A model generated the notes under the pieces. That model was given only the letters and a program-made list of their open reading frames with translations. It did not search any database and was not told the DNA's origin. This document shows, piece after piece, positions 1 to 16,828 of a DNA stretch of 64,000 nucleotides. The position numbers and the translations under genes were made by a program. Position 1 is the stretch's first letter. Each line of letters opens with the position of its first letter. The stretch lies in assembly GCF_009914755.1 (NCBI RefSeq), contig NC_060948.1; one strand, 5' to 3'. This stretch comes from the human T2T-CHM13v2.0 reference genome, Homo sapiens.

Positions 1-3000
1 AGGAATGGAGTGGAATAGACTAGAGTGGAATGGAATGGACTCGAAAGCAATGGACTGGAATGGAACTTTCTTGAATGGACTGGAATCAAACGGAATGGAA
101 TGCAATGCAATCAAATGGCATGGAATAAAATAGAATGAAAGAGAACCAAATGGAATTGAATCGAATGGAATCGAATGGATTGGAAAGGAATAGAATGGAA
201 TGGAATGGAATTGACTCAAATGGAATGGACTAGAATGGAATGGATTCGAATGGAAGGCAAAGGAATGGAATCTATTGGAATGGACTGTAATGGAATGGAA
301 TGGAAGGGATTGGAATGGACTCGAATGGAATGGACTGCAATAGAAAGGATTCGAATGGAATGAAAAAGAATTGAATGGAATAGAACAGAATGGAATCAAA
401 TCGAATGAAATGGAATGGAATAGAAAGGAATGGAATGAAATGGAATGGAAAGGATTCGAATGGAATGCAATCGAATGGAATGGAATCGAACGGAATGGAA
501 TAAAATGGAAGAAAACTGGCAAGAAATGGAATCGAAATGAATGGAGTGTTATGGAACGGACTCAAAAGGAATTGAATGTAATAGAATGGAGTGGAGTGGA
601 CTCGAATATAATGGACTGGAATGGAATGAAATCACATGGAATGGGAACGAATGGAATGGAATGGAAAGGAATGGAATCGAATGGAAAGGAATCGAATGGA
701 AGGGAATGAAATTGAATCAACAGGAATGGAAGGGAATAGAATAGACGGTAATGGAATGGACTCGAATAGAATGGACACAAATGCTCAAATTGAATGGACT
801 CGAATGGAATGGAAACGAAAGGAATGTCATCGAATGGAATTGAATCGATTGGAATGAAATAGCATAGAATGGAGTGGAATCAAATGGAATTGAATCGAAA
901 GGAAAGGAAGCGAATGGACTGAAATGAAATGGAATGGAATTGAATGGAAAGTTATGTAATGGAATAGAATGGAACGAAATTTCACGGAATGCAATCAAAC
1001 TGAATGGAATCAAATCAATGGAATCAAATCAAATGGAATGGAAAGGAATTGAATGGAGTAGATTGGATTGGATGGGATTGGAATGAAATGTACTGGAAAG
1101 GACTCCAATTTCATGAAACGGAATGGAATGAATTGGAACGCAACGGACTCGAATGGAATGGAATGTCATGGAATGGCATCAAATGGAATGGCATCAAATG
1201 GAATGGAATCGAATGCAATGGAGTGCTATGGAATGGAATGGAATGCATTGGAATGGAATGTCCTCTAATGGAATGGATTCGAGTGGAATGGAATCGAATA
1301 TAATGGAGTCGAATGAAATGGAATTGAAAGGAATGGGATCGAATACAATGCAATATACTGGAATGTAATGTAATGAACTCGAATGTAATTGACTGGAATG
1401 GAATGTATATGAATGGAATGTAATTGAATGGAAAGTAATCCAATGGAATAGAATCTAATGCAATAAAATCGACTCAGATAGAGTAGAATGTAATGGAATG
1501 GAGTGCAGTGCAATGGAATGGAATGGAATGGAATGCAATGGAATGGAATGGAATGGAATGGAATGGGATGGAATGGTGTGGAATGGATAGTAATGGACTG
1601 GAGTGAAATGGACTGGAAAGGAATGGACTCAAATTGAAAGGGCTCGAAAGGAATGGAGTCAAATGGAATGGTCTGGAATGGAATGAACACGAATGTAATG
1701 CAATCCAATAGAATGGAATCGAATGGCATGGAATATAAAGAAATGGAATCGAAGAGAATGGAAACAAATGGAATGGAATTGAATGGAATGGAATTGAATG
1801 GAATGGGAACGAATGGAGTGAAATTGTATGCAGTAGAAGAGAATAGAATGGAATGCAAGCGAAAGGAAAGGAATGGATTGGAATGGAATGGAATTCATTG
1901 GAATGGAAGGGAATGTAGTGTAATGGACAGGCCTGGAATAAAGTGGAATGCTACGGTCTCGAATGGAATAAAAATGTATGGAATGGAATGCAATGAAACG
2001 GAATCGAATGTCATAGAATGTAATGGAATGCAAAAAAATGGAATCCAAAATCATTGACTGGAAAGGCTGGGTGTCGAAAGGAATTGTCTCCAATGGAATG
2101 GAATCGAATGGAATGGAAGTGAATAGAATCGAACTAAATCGAATGGAATGGAATTGATAGGAACGGAATGGAAAGGAATGCAATGATTTGGCATGGAATG
2201 CAATCGAATGGCATCGAATGGAATGGAATGGAATGCAATGGAATGGAATGTATTAGAATGTAATGAACTTTAATGGTATGTACTCGAATGGATTCGACTG
2301 GAATGGAATGTTCTGGAAGTGAATGGACTCCAATGGAATGGATTCAAAAGGAATGGAATCGTACGGAATGGAATCTAATGGAATGGAATTAAATGGAAAT
2401 GAATCAAATTGAATAGCACGGAATTGAATTGAATGGAATCGAATGCAATGGAATCTAATGAAACGGAAAGGAAAGGAATGGAATGGAATGGAATGGGCTG
2501 GAATGGAAAGGAATCGAAACGAATGGAATGGAATCGAACTGAAGAGACTGGAATGGAATGCACTGGAATGGAAGGGAGTGTAATGGAAGGTTCTCGAAAA
2601 AAATGGAATGGAATGGAATGGAATTGAATGGAACGGAATAGAGTCGAATGGAATTGAATGGAATGGAATGGACTAGAGTGAAATGGAATCGAACCACAAG
2701 GAATGGACAGGAATAGAATGGTCTCGAATTGAATGGAATCGTATGGAATGGCATCAAACGGAATGGAATGGACAGCCACGGAATGGAATGCACTCGAATG
2801 CAATGGAGTCGAAACTAATGGACTGGAATAGAATGGACTCGACTGGTACGGACTCCAATGGAATGGAATCGAATGGAAGGGAATCGAACGGAATGGACTC
2901 GAAGGGAAAAGACTGCAATGGAGAGGTCTCGAATGGAATGGAAATTAATGGAATGGAATGGAATCGAATGAAATGGAGTCAAAAGGAATGGAATCGAATG

Positions 3001-3544
3001 GCAAGAAATCGAATGTAATGGAATCGCAAGGAATTGATGTGAACGGAACGGAATGGAATGGAATCCAAAGGAATGGAATAGAATGGAATGGAATCGAATG
3101 GAAAGGACTCGAATGGAAATCACTCGAATAGAATGCAATTTAATAAAATAGGATCAAATGTAATGGAATGGAATGGAAAGGAATCGAAACGAAAGGAATG
3201 GAGACAGATGGAATGGAATGGAACAGAGAGCAATGGTATAGAATGGAATGGAATCATCTGGAATGGAATTGAATGGAATGGAATAACATGAAATGGACTG
3301 GAATGGAATGGAATGCCCTTGAATTAAATGGACTGGAATGGAATGGACTCGAACAGAGTGGAATGGAAAGTGTTGAAATAGAATGGAATGGACTGGTTTG
3401 GAAGGGTCTAGTATGCAATGCAATCGACTGGCAGGGAATCAAAAGGAATGTAATCGAATGGATTGGACTGGAATGCAATGGACTCGAATAGATTGGAAAC
3501 GGAATGCAAAGGAATGGAATGGAATAGTATGGAATGGAATGGAA
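1..3544 (+). repeat. DYZ1 higher-order unit copy 1 (phase set arbitrarily at window start)
   Basis: The sequence recurs at +3544 with only about 6 visible substitutions versus copy 2. Confidence 0.9.
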
Positions 3545-6500
3545 AGGAATGGAGTGGAATAGACTAGAGTGGAATGGAATGGACTCGAAAGCAATGGACT
3601 GGAATGGAACTTTCTTGAATGGACTGGAATCAAACGGAATGGAATGCAATGCAATCAAATGGCATGGAATAAAATAGAATGAAAGAGAATCAAATGGAAT
3701 TGAATCGAATGGAATCGAATGGATTGGAAAGGAATAGAATGGAATGGAATGGAATTGACTCAAATGGAATGGACTAGAATGGAATGGATTCGAATGGAAG
3801 GCAAAGGAATGGAATCTATTGGAATGGACTGTAATGGAATGGAATGGAAGGGATTGGAATGGACTCGAATGGAATGGACTGCAATAGAAAGGATTCGAAT
3901 GGAATGAAAAAGAATTGAATGGAATAGAACAGAATGGAATCAAATCGAATGAAATGGAATGGAATAGAAAGGAATGGAATGAAATGGAATGGAAAGGATT
4001 CGAATGGAATGCAATCGAATGGAATGGAATCGAACGGAATGGAATAAAATGGAAGAAAACTGGCAAGAAATGGAATCGAAATGAATGGAGTGTTATGGAA
4101 CGGACTCAAAAGGAATTGAATGTAATAGAATGGAGTGGAGTGGACTCGAATATAATGGACTGGAATGGAATGAAATCACATGGAATGGGAACGAATGGAA
4201 TGGAATGGAAAGGAATGGAATCGAATGGAAAGGAATCGAATGGAAGGGAATGAAATTGAATCAACAGGAATGGAAGGGAATAGAATAGACGGTAATGGAA
4301 TGGACTCGAATAGAATGGACACAAATGCTCAAATTGAATGGACTCGAATGGAATGGAAACGAAAGGAATGTCATCGAATGGAATTGAATCGATTGGAATG
4401 AAATAGCATAGAATGGAGTGGAATCAAATGGAATTGAATCGAAAGGAAAGGAAGCGAATGGACTGAAATGAAATGGAATGGAATTGAATGGAAAGTTATG
4501 TAATGGAATAGAATGGAACGAAATTTCACGGAATGCAATCAAACTGAATGGAATCAAATCAATGGAATCAAATCAAATGGAATGGAAAGGAATTGAATGG
4601 AGTAGATTGGATTGGATGGGATTGGAATGAAATGTACTGGAAAGGACTCGAATTTCATGAAACGGAATGGAATGAATTGGAACGGAACGGACTCGAATGG
4701 AATGGAATGTCATGGAATGGCATCAAATGGAATGGCATCAAATGGAATGGAATCGAATGCAATGGAGTGCTATGGAATGGAATGGAATGCATTGGAATGG
4801 AATGTCCTCTAATGGAATGGATTCGAGTGGAATGGAATCGAATATAATGGAGTCGAATGAAATGGAATTGAAAGGAATGGGATCGAATACAATGCAATAT
4901 ACTGGAATGTAATGTAATGAACTCGAATGTAATTGACTGGAATGGAATGTATATGAATGGAATGTAATTGAATGGAAAGTAATCCAATGGAATAGAATCT
5001 AATGCAATAAAATCGACTCAGATAGAGTAGAATGTAATGGAATGGAGTGCAGTGCAATGGAATGGAATGGAATGGAATGCAATGGAATGGAATGGAATGG
5101 AATGGAATGGGATGGAATGGTGTGGAATGGATAGTAATGGACTGGAGTGAAATGGACTGGAAAGGAATGGACTCAAATTGAAAGGGCTCGAAAGGAATGG
5201 AGTCAAATGGAATGGTCTGGAATGGAATGAACACGAATGTAATGCAATCCAATAGAATGGAATCGAATGGCATGGAATATAAAGAAATGGAATCGAAGAG
5301 AATGGAAACAAATGGAATGGAATTGAATGGAATGGAATTGAATGGAATGGGAACGAATGGAGTGAAATTGTATGCAGTAGAAGAGAATAGAATGGAATGC
5401 AAGCGAAAGGAAAGGAATGGATTGGAATGGAATGGAATTCATTGGAATGGAAGGGAATGTAGTGTAATGGACAGGCCTGGAATAAAGTGGAATGCTACGG
5501 TCTCGAATGGAATAAAAATGTATGGAATGGAATGCAATGAAACGGAATCGAATGTCATAGAATGTAATGGAATGCAAAAAAATGGAATCCAAAATCATTG
5601 ACTGGAAAGGCTGGGTGTCGAAAGGAATTGTCTCCAATGGAATGGAATCGAATGGAATGGAAGTGAATAGAATCGAACTAAATCGAATGGAATGGAATTG
5701 ATAGGAACGGAATGGAAAGGAATGCAATGATTTGGCATGGAATGCAATCGAATGGCATCGAATGGAATGGAATGGAATGCAATGGAATGGAATGTATTAG
5801 AATGTAATGAACTTTAATGGTATGTACTCGAATGGATTCGACTGGAATGGAATGTTCTGGAAGTGAATGGACTCCAATGGAATGGATTCAAAAGGAATGG
5901 AATCGTACGGAATGGAATCTAATGGAATGGAATTAAATGGAAATGAATCAAATTGAATAGCACGGAATTGAATTGAATGGAATCGAATGCAATGGAATCT
6001 AATGAAACGGAAAGGAAAGGAATGGAATGGAATGGAATGGGCTGGAATGGAAAGGAATCGAAACGAATGGAATGGAATCGAACTGAAGAGACTGGAATGG
6101 AATGCACTGGAATGGAAGGGAGTGTAATGGAAGGTTCTCGAAAAAAATGGAATGGAATGGAATGGAATTGAATGGAACGGAATAGAGTCGAATGGAATTG
6201 AATGGAATGGAATGGACTAGAGTGAAATGGAATCGAACCACAAGGAATGGACAGGAATAGAATGGTCTCGAATTGAATGGAATCGTATGGAATGGCATCA
6301 AACGGAATGGAATGGACAGCCACGGAATGGAATGCACTCGAATGCAATGGAGTCGAAACTAATGGACTGGAATAGAATGGACTCGACTGGTACGGACTCC
6401 AATGGAATGGAATCGAATGGAAGGGAATCGAACGGAATGGACTCGAAGGGAAAAGACTGCAATGGAGAGGTCTCGAATGGAATGGAAATTAATGGAATGG

Positions 6501-7088
6501 AATGGAATCGAATGAAATGGAGTCAAAAGGAATGGAATCGAATGGCAAGAAATCGAATGTAATGGAATCGCAAGGAATTGATGTGAACGGAACGGAATGG
6601 AATGGAATCCAAAGGAATGGAATAGAATGGAATGGAATCGAATGGAAAGGACTCGAATGGAAATCACTCGAATAGAATGCAATTTAATAAAATAGGATCA
6701 AATGGAATGGAATGGAATGGAAAGGAATCGAAACGAAAGGAATGGAGACAGATGGAATGGAATGGAACAGAGAGCAATGGTATAGAATGGAATGGAATCA
6801 TCTGGAATGGAATTGAATGGAATGGAATAACATGAAATGGACTGGAATGGAATGGAATGCCCTTGAATTAAATGGACTGGAATGGAATGGACTCGAACAG
6901 AGTGGAATGGAAAGTGTTGAAATATAATGGAATGGACTGGTTTGGAATGGTCTAGTATGCAATGCAATCGACTGGCAGGGAATCAAAAGGAATGTAATCG
7001 AATGGATTGGACTGGAATGCAATGGACTCGAATAGATTGGAAACGGAATGCAAAGGAATGGAATGGAATAGTATGGAATGGAATGGAA
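3545..7088 (+). repeat. DYZ1 higher-order unit copy 2
   Basis: All ORF-track entries of copy 1 recur at +3544 (e.g. 1004->4548, 2683->6227). Confidence 0.9.
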
Positions 7089-8528
7089 AGGAATGGAGTG
7101 GAATAGACTAGAGTGGAATGGAATGGACTCGAAAGCAATGGACTGGAATGGAACTTTCTTGAATGGACTGGAATCAAACGGAATGGAATGCAATGCAATC
7201 AAATGGCATGGAATAAAATAGAATGAAAGAGAATCAAATGGAATTGAATCGAATGGAATCGAATGGATTGGAAAGGAATAGAATGGAATGGAATGGAATT
7301 GACTCAAATGGAATGGACTAGAATGGAATGGATTCGAATGGAAGGCAAAGGAATGGAATCTATTGGAATGGACTGTAATGGAATGGAATGGAAGGGATTG
7401 GAATGGACTCGAATGGAATGGACTGCAATAGAAAGGATTCGAATGGAATGAAAAAGAATTGAATGGAATAGAACAGAATGGAATCAAATCGAATGAAATG
7501 GAATGGAATAGAAAGGAATGGAATGAAATGGAATGGAAAGGATTCGAATGGAATGCAATCGAATGGAATGGAATCGAACGCAATGGAATAAAATGGAAGA
7601 AAACTGGCAAGAAATGGAATCGAAATGAATGGAGTGTTATGGAACGGACTCAAAAGGAATTGAATGTAATAGAATGGAGTGGAGTGGACTCGAATATAAT
7701 GGACTGGAATGGAATGAAATCACATGGAATGGGAACGAATGGAATGGAATGGAAAGGAATGGAATCGAATGGAAAGGAATCGAATGGAAGGGAATGAAAT
7801 TGAATCAACAGGAATGGAAGGGAATAGAATAGACGGTAATGGAATGGACTCGAATAGAATGGACACGAATGCTCAAATTGAATGGACTCGAATGGAATGG
7901 AAACGAAAGGAATGTCATCGAATGGAATTGAATCGATTGGAATGAAATCGCATAGAATGGAGTGGAATCAAATGGAATTGAATCGAAAGGAAAGGAAGCG
8001 AATGGACTGAAATGAAATGGAATGGAATTGAATGGAAAGTAATGCAATGGAAAAGAATGGAACGAAATTTCACGGAATGGAATCAAACTGAATGGAATCA
8101 AATCAATGGAATCAAATCAAATGGAATGGAAAGGAATTGAATGGAGTAGATTGGATTGGATGGGATTGGAATGAAATGTACTGGAAAGGACTCGAATTTC
8201 ATGAAACGGAATGGAATGAATTGGAACGGAATGGACTCGAATGGAATGGAATGTCATGGAATGGCATCAAATGGAATGGCATCAAATGGAATGGAATCGA
8301 ATGTAATGGAATGGAATGCATTGGAATGGAATGTCCTCTAATGGAATGGATTCGAGTGGAATGGAATCGAATATAATGGAGTCGAATGAAATGGAATTGA
8401 AAGGAATGGGATCGAATACAATGGAATATACTGGAATGTAATGTAATGAACTCGAATGTATTTGACTGGAATGGAATGTACATGAATGGAATGTAATCGA
8501 ATGGAAAGTAATCCAATGGAATAGAATC
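7089..8528 (+). repeat. DYZ1 higher-order unit copy 3, truncated at the DYZ2 junction, with a 15-bp deletion near 8304
   Basis: It aligns to copy 2 up to 'aatccaatggaatagaatc'. The ORF at 8092 is 94 aa versus 99 aa at 4548, reflecting loss of 'caatggagtgctatg'. Confidence 0.9.
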
Positions 8529-9570
<1,042 letters not shown>

Positions 9571-10140
9571 AGATCCATAATTTTTAAATGAAAAAAAATT
9601 TCAAAGGTACTCTGCTTGGTACAATAATCAAATGTATAAACTGAGGAATAAAACATAACCATGAAACCTACTTATAACTGCATATGGAAAATACAAAGGA
9701 TAATTTTTTAAATAACATATTGTTAAAGCCTTAACTAGTAATTTGAAGAGTTGGCATTTGAAAGGCCAGTATGAATATACCTTCACAGCAGCAACACAGG
9801 TTCCCCATGAGAAAAAGCAAACTCAGGGAAAATAAAACCACAAAGGTTCAATCTCTTCTGACCTTTGAAAGACACAGCACAGACAGTGGTCCTTAGGACG
9901 AAGAGCAGGAGACCCCTAATTCCGTCACCATGGCGATAGGGCATAAACATTGCTGGGTAAGGGCACAATCCACATTGTGAGGTCCAACTGCTGCCAGGAA
10001 GACAGGAGTGCTTTTACATAGACCGAAAGGTCATTGAAGGCTCAGAGTTTTGTTTCAAGAACTGAATCCCAAGCCCACACGTTATTAGGCTGCGCTTCTT
10101 AAAATAAGTTATGAGATGGGAAAAAGGGCACCCACAAACA
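9571..10140. repeat. HSATI segment of DYZ2 unit 1 (representative; recurs immediately after every Alu listed, last copy ~62780-63349)
   Basis: A ~570-bp complex, moderately GC segment between the Alu and the AT-rich segment, nearly identical in all 23 units. The HSATI name comes from the known DYZ2 architecture, not from a database search. Boundaries are approximate. Confidence 0.8.
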
Positions 10141-11990
<1,850 letters not shown>

Positions 11991-14118
11991 AGATCCATAT
12001 TTTTTAAATGAAAAAAAATTTCAAAGGTACTCTGCTTGGTACAATAATCAAATGTATAAACTGAGGAATAAAACATAACCATGAAACCTACTTATAACTG
12101 CATATGGAAAATACAGAGGATAATTTTTTAAATAACATATTTTGAAAGCCTTAACTAGTAATTTGAAGAGTTGGCATTTGAAAGGCCAGTATGAATATAC
12201 CTTCAAAGCAGCAACACAGGTTCCCCATGAGAAAAAGCAAACTCAGGGAAAATAAAACCACAAAGGTTCAATCTCTTCTGACCTTTGAAAGACACAGCAC
12301 AGACAGTGGTCCTTAGGACGAAGAGCAGGAGACCCCTAATTCCGTCACCATGGCGATAGGGCATAAACATTGCTGGGTGAGGGCACAATCCACATTGTGA
12401 AGTCCAAGTGCTGCCAGGAAGACAGGAGTGCTTTTACATAGACCGAAAGGTCATTGAAGGCTCAGAGTTTTGTTTCAAGAACTGAATCCCAAGCCCACAA
12501 GTTATTAGGCTGCGCGTCTTAAAACAAGTTATGAGATGGGAAAAAGGGCACCCACAAACATACGTATACATTATGTATATAATAATATACAGTATCATAT
12601 ATATAATATATATAACCTATGTATAATATTGTTTTACATCCTGCATCTTATGTTATATATATTGTATAAAATATAATAATTGATAATATATAAGTTTTAT
12701 ATTTATACAATATGACATATAGTATATATTATAATTTATGACATATATAATATATGTTATATAGCATATATAGAATATATTATACGGTTAATATACGTAT
12801 TAAATATAAATTATACATTATATATATTATATATAATATATCTGTTATATATAATACCCATTATGCATAATATATATATTATGTCTATGATATATATAGT
12901 ATAAAACAACATATAATAATATATAATTGTATATATAAAATGCGACATATAATATATATTATATTTTATGACATATGTAATATATATTATATATTATATA
13001 TAATGCGTTGTATGTATAATACCTATATTAAATATATATTACATGACTATGTTATTAATTACATGTCACATGTGTTATATATTATTTATTTTACATAGAA
13101 TATACCAGTTACATACAATATAAAGTATGTTACCTATAATGTATAATTTATTACATGTAAAATAAAGAATGCAATATATTATGTATAATTTATAATATAC
13201 AATATGTGGAATGTGATATATATAACATATAATATATGATATATGATATAGAGTATATGATATATAACATACAGTATATGATACCTAATATATATGATAT
13301 ACAATATATATTTTATGATATGTATTCTATATGTTATATATTCTGTTATATATAACTGTTTGAAATTATATATAACTGTATAATATTTTAGGTAAATATG
13401 TAATATAATATATATAACTTTATAATATATTATATATAACTATATATTATGTTATATATACTTTTATAACATGATTTACATAAAATATCATAATATAATA
13501 TATATTATATTATTTCATATTACATAATATATATTACATATCACCCAATATAAGTAACATATATAATATTATAATATAGATTATATTATGTTATATTAAA
13601 TATCATATATACCATGTATCATATATTCTATAATATATATTATACATTATATAATATGTATGTTGTCTATTATGTGATATATATAACTATATATATAATT
13701 ATATTATTATACATATAACTAGATAAACATGTAATTCTACATATTTTCATTTATAATATATAGAATTATATAATCATATATAATTATTTATATTCTATAA
13801 AAAATTATATCATTATATAAATTAGAATATATAAAAATTATAATATGTACTACAAACATATATATTATATATCATATATGATATAGTACCTTTGTTATAT
13901 ATCATAATACATATAAATGTGTATTATGTTATCTATAATTATATAATTTCATATATAAGATGTATAATATGTATTATTTATTATATACGTTATGTAATAT
14001 ATATAGTATATATAAGCTGACACAGGATAAATATTATATACTATGACATATAAAATATATGAGGTTATATGTTACATATAAGGCATAGCACATAACATGT
14101 AATATATATCATATATAA

Positions 14119-14410
14119 TTTTTTTTTAGACAGAGTCTTGTCCTGTTGCACAGGGTGGAGTAAAATGGCGCCATCTTTGCTCACTGCAACATCTGCCTCA
14201 CGGGTCCAAGCGATTGTCCTCCCTCAGCCTCCCAGGTAGCTGGGACTACACCACACTGCGACTACACCAGCTGCCACCATGCCTAGCTAATTTTTTGGAT
14301 TTTTAGTAGTGACAGCGTTTCACTGTATTGGCCAGGATGGTCTTGATCTCTTCACCTTGTGATCCCCTTGCCTTGGCCTCCAAATTTGCTGGGATTACAG
14401 GCCTGAGCCA
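14119..14410 (-). mobile_element. AluY-like element, DYZ2 U3
   Basis: Same antisense Alu motifs (T9-agacagagtcttg ... gggattacaggcctgagcca). Confidence 0.92.
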
Positions 14411-16513
14411 AGATCCATATTTTTTAAATGAAAAAAAATTTCAAAGGTACTCTGCTTGGTACAATAATCAAATGTATAAACTGAGGAATAAAACATAACC
14501 ATGAAACCTACTTATAACTGCATATGGAAAATACAGAGGATAATTTTTTAAATAACATATTTTGAAAGCCTTAACTAGTAATTTGAAGAGTTGGCATTTG
14601 AAAGGCCAGTATGAATATACCTTCAAAGCAGCAACACAGGTTCCCCATGAGAAAAAGCAAACTCAGGGAAAATAAAACCACAAAGGTTCAATCTCTTCTG
14701 ACCTTTGAAAGACACAGCACAGACAGTGGTCCTTAGGACGAAGAGCAGGAGACCCCTAATTCCGTCACCATGGCGATAGGGCATAAACATTGCTGGGTGA
14801 GGGCACAATCCACCTTGTGAGGTCCAACTGCTGCCAGGAAGACAGGAGTGCTTTTACATAGACCGAAAAGTCATTGAAGGCTCAGAGTTTTGTTTCAAGA
14901 ACTGAATCCCAAGCCCACACGTTATTAGGCTGCGCTTCTTAAAACAAGTTATGAGATGGGAAAAAGGGCACCCACAAACATACGTATACATTATGTATAT
15001 AATAATATACAGTATCATATATATAATATATATAACCTATGTATAATATTGTTTTACATCCTGCATCTTATGTTATATATATTGTTTAAAATATAATAAT
15101 TGATAATATATAAGTTTTATATTTATTCAATATGACATATAGTATATATTATAATTTATGACATATATAGTATATGTTATATATCATATATAGAATATAT
15201 TATACGGTTAATATACGTATTAAATATAAATTATACATTATATATATTATATATAATATATCTGTTATATATAATACCCATTATGCATAATATATATATT
15301 ATGTCTATGATATATATAGTATAAAACAACATATAATAATATATAATTGTATATATAAAATGCGACATATAATATATATTATATTTTATGACATATGTAA
15401 TATATATTATATAGTATATATAATGCGTTGTATGTATAATACCTATATTAAATATATATTACATGACTATGTTATTAATTACATATCACATGTGTTATAT
15501 ATTATTTATTTTACATAGAATATACCGGTTACATACAATATATAGTATGTTACCTATAATGTATAATTTATTACATGTAAAATAAAGAATGCAATATATT
15601 ATGTATAATTTATAATATACAATATGTGGAATGTGATATATATAACATATAATATATGATATGTGATATAGAGTATATGATATATAACATACAGTATATG
15701 ATACCTAATATATATGATATACAATATATATTTTATGATATGTATTCTATAAGTTATATATTCTGTTATATATAACTGTTTGAAATTATATATAACTGTA
15801 TAATATTTTAGGTAAATATGTAATATAATATATATAACTTTATAATATATTATATATAACTATATATTATGTTATATATACTTTTATAACATAATTTACA
15901 TAAAATATCATAAGATAATATATATTATATTATTTCATATTACATAATATATATTACATATCACCCAATATAAGTAACATACATAATATTATAATATAGA
16001 TTATATTATGTTATATTAAATATCATATATATCATGTATCATATATTCTATAATATATATTATACATTATATAATATGTATGTTGTCTATTATGTGATAT
16101 ATATAACTATATATATAATTATATTATTATACATATAACTAGATAAACATGTAATTCTACATATTTTCATTTATAATATATAGAATTATATAATCATATA
16201 TAATTATTTATATTCTATAAAAAATTATATCATTATATAAATTAGAATATATAAAAATTATAATATGTACTACAAACATATATATTATATATCATATATG
16301 ATATAGTACCTTTGTTATATATCATAATACATATAAATGTGTATTATGTTATCTATAATTATATAATTTCATATAAGATGTATAATATGTATTATTTATT
16401 ATATACGTTATGTAATATATATAGTATATATAAGCTGACACAGGATAAATATTATATACTATGACATATAAAATATATGAGGTTATATGTTACATATAAG
16501 GCATAGCACATAA

Positions 16514-16828
<315 letters not shown>

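Larger units (their letters stand above)
1..8528 (+). repeat. DYZ1: DYZ1 / human satellite 3 (HSat3, Y-specific) array, degenerate (GGAAT)n pentamers organised in a 3544-bp higher-order unit
   Basis: Continuous degenerate GGAAT pentamers. Identical ORF-track peptides recur at 175/3719/7263 (period 3544). HaeIII GGCC at 1930 and 5474 and EcoRI GAATTC at 1891 and 5435 recur at the same period. It contains TTGAATGGAATGGGAACGAATGG (1794-1816) and GGACAGGCCTGGAATAAAGTGGA (1925-1947), which I recall as the classic DYZ1 sexing primer sites. Confidence 0.96.
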
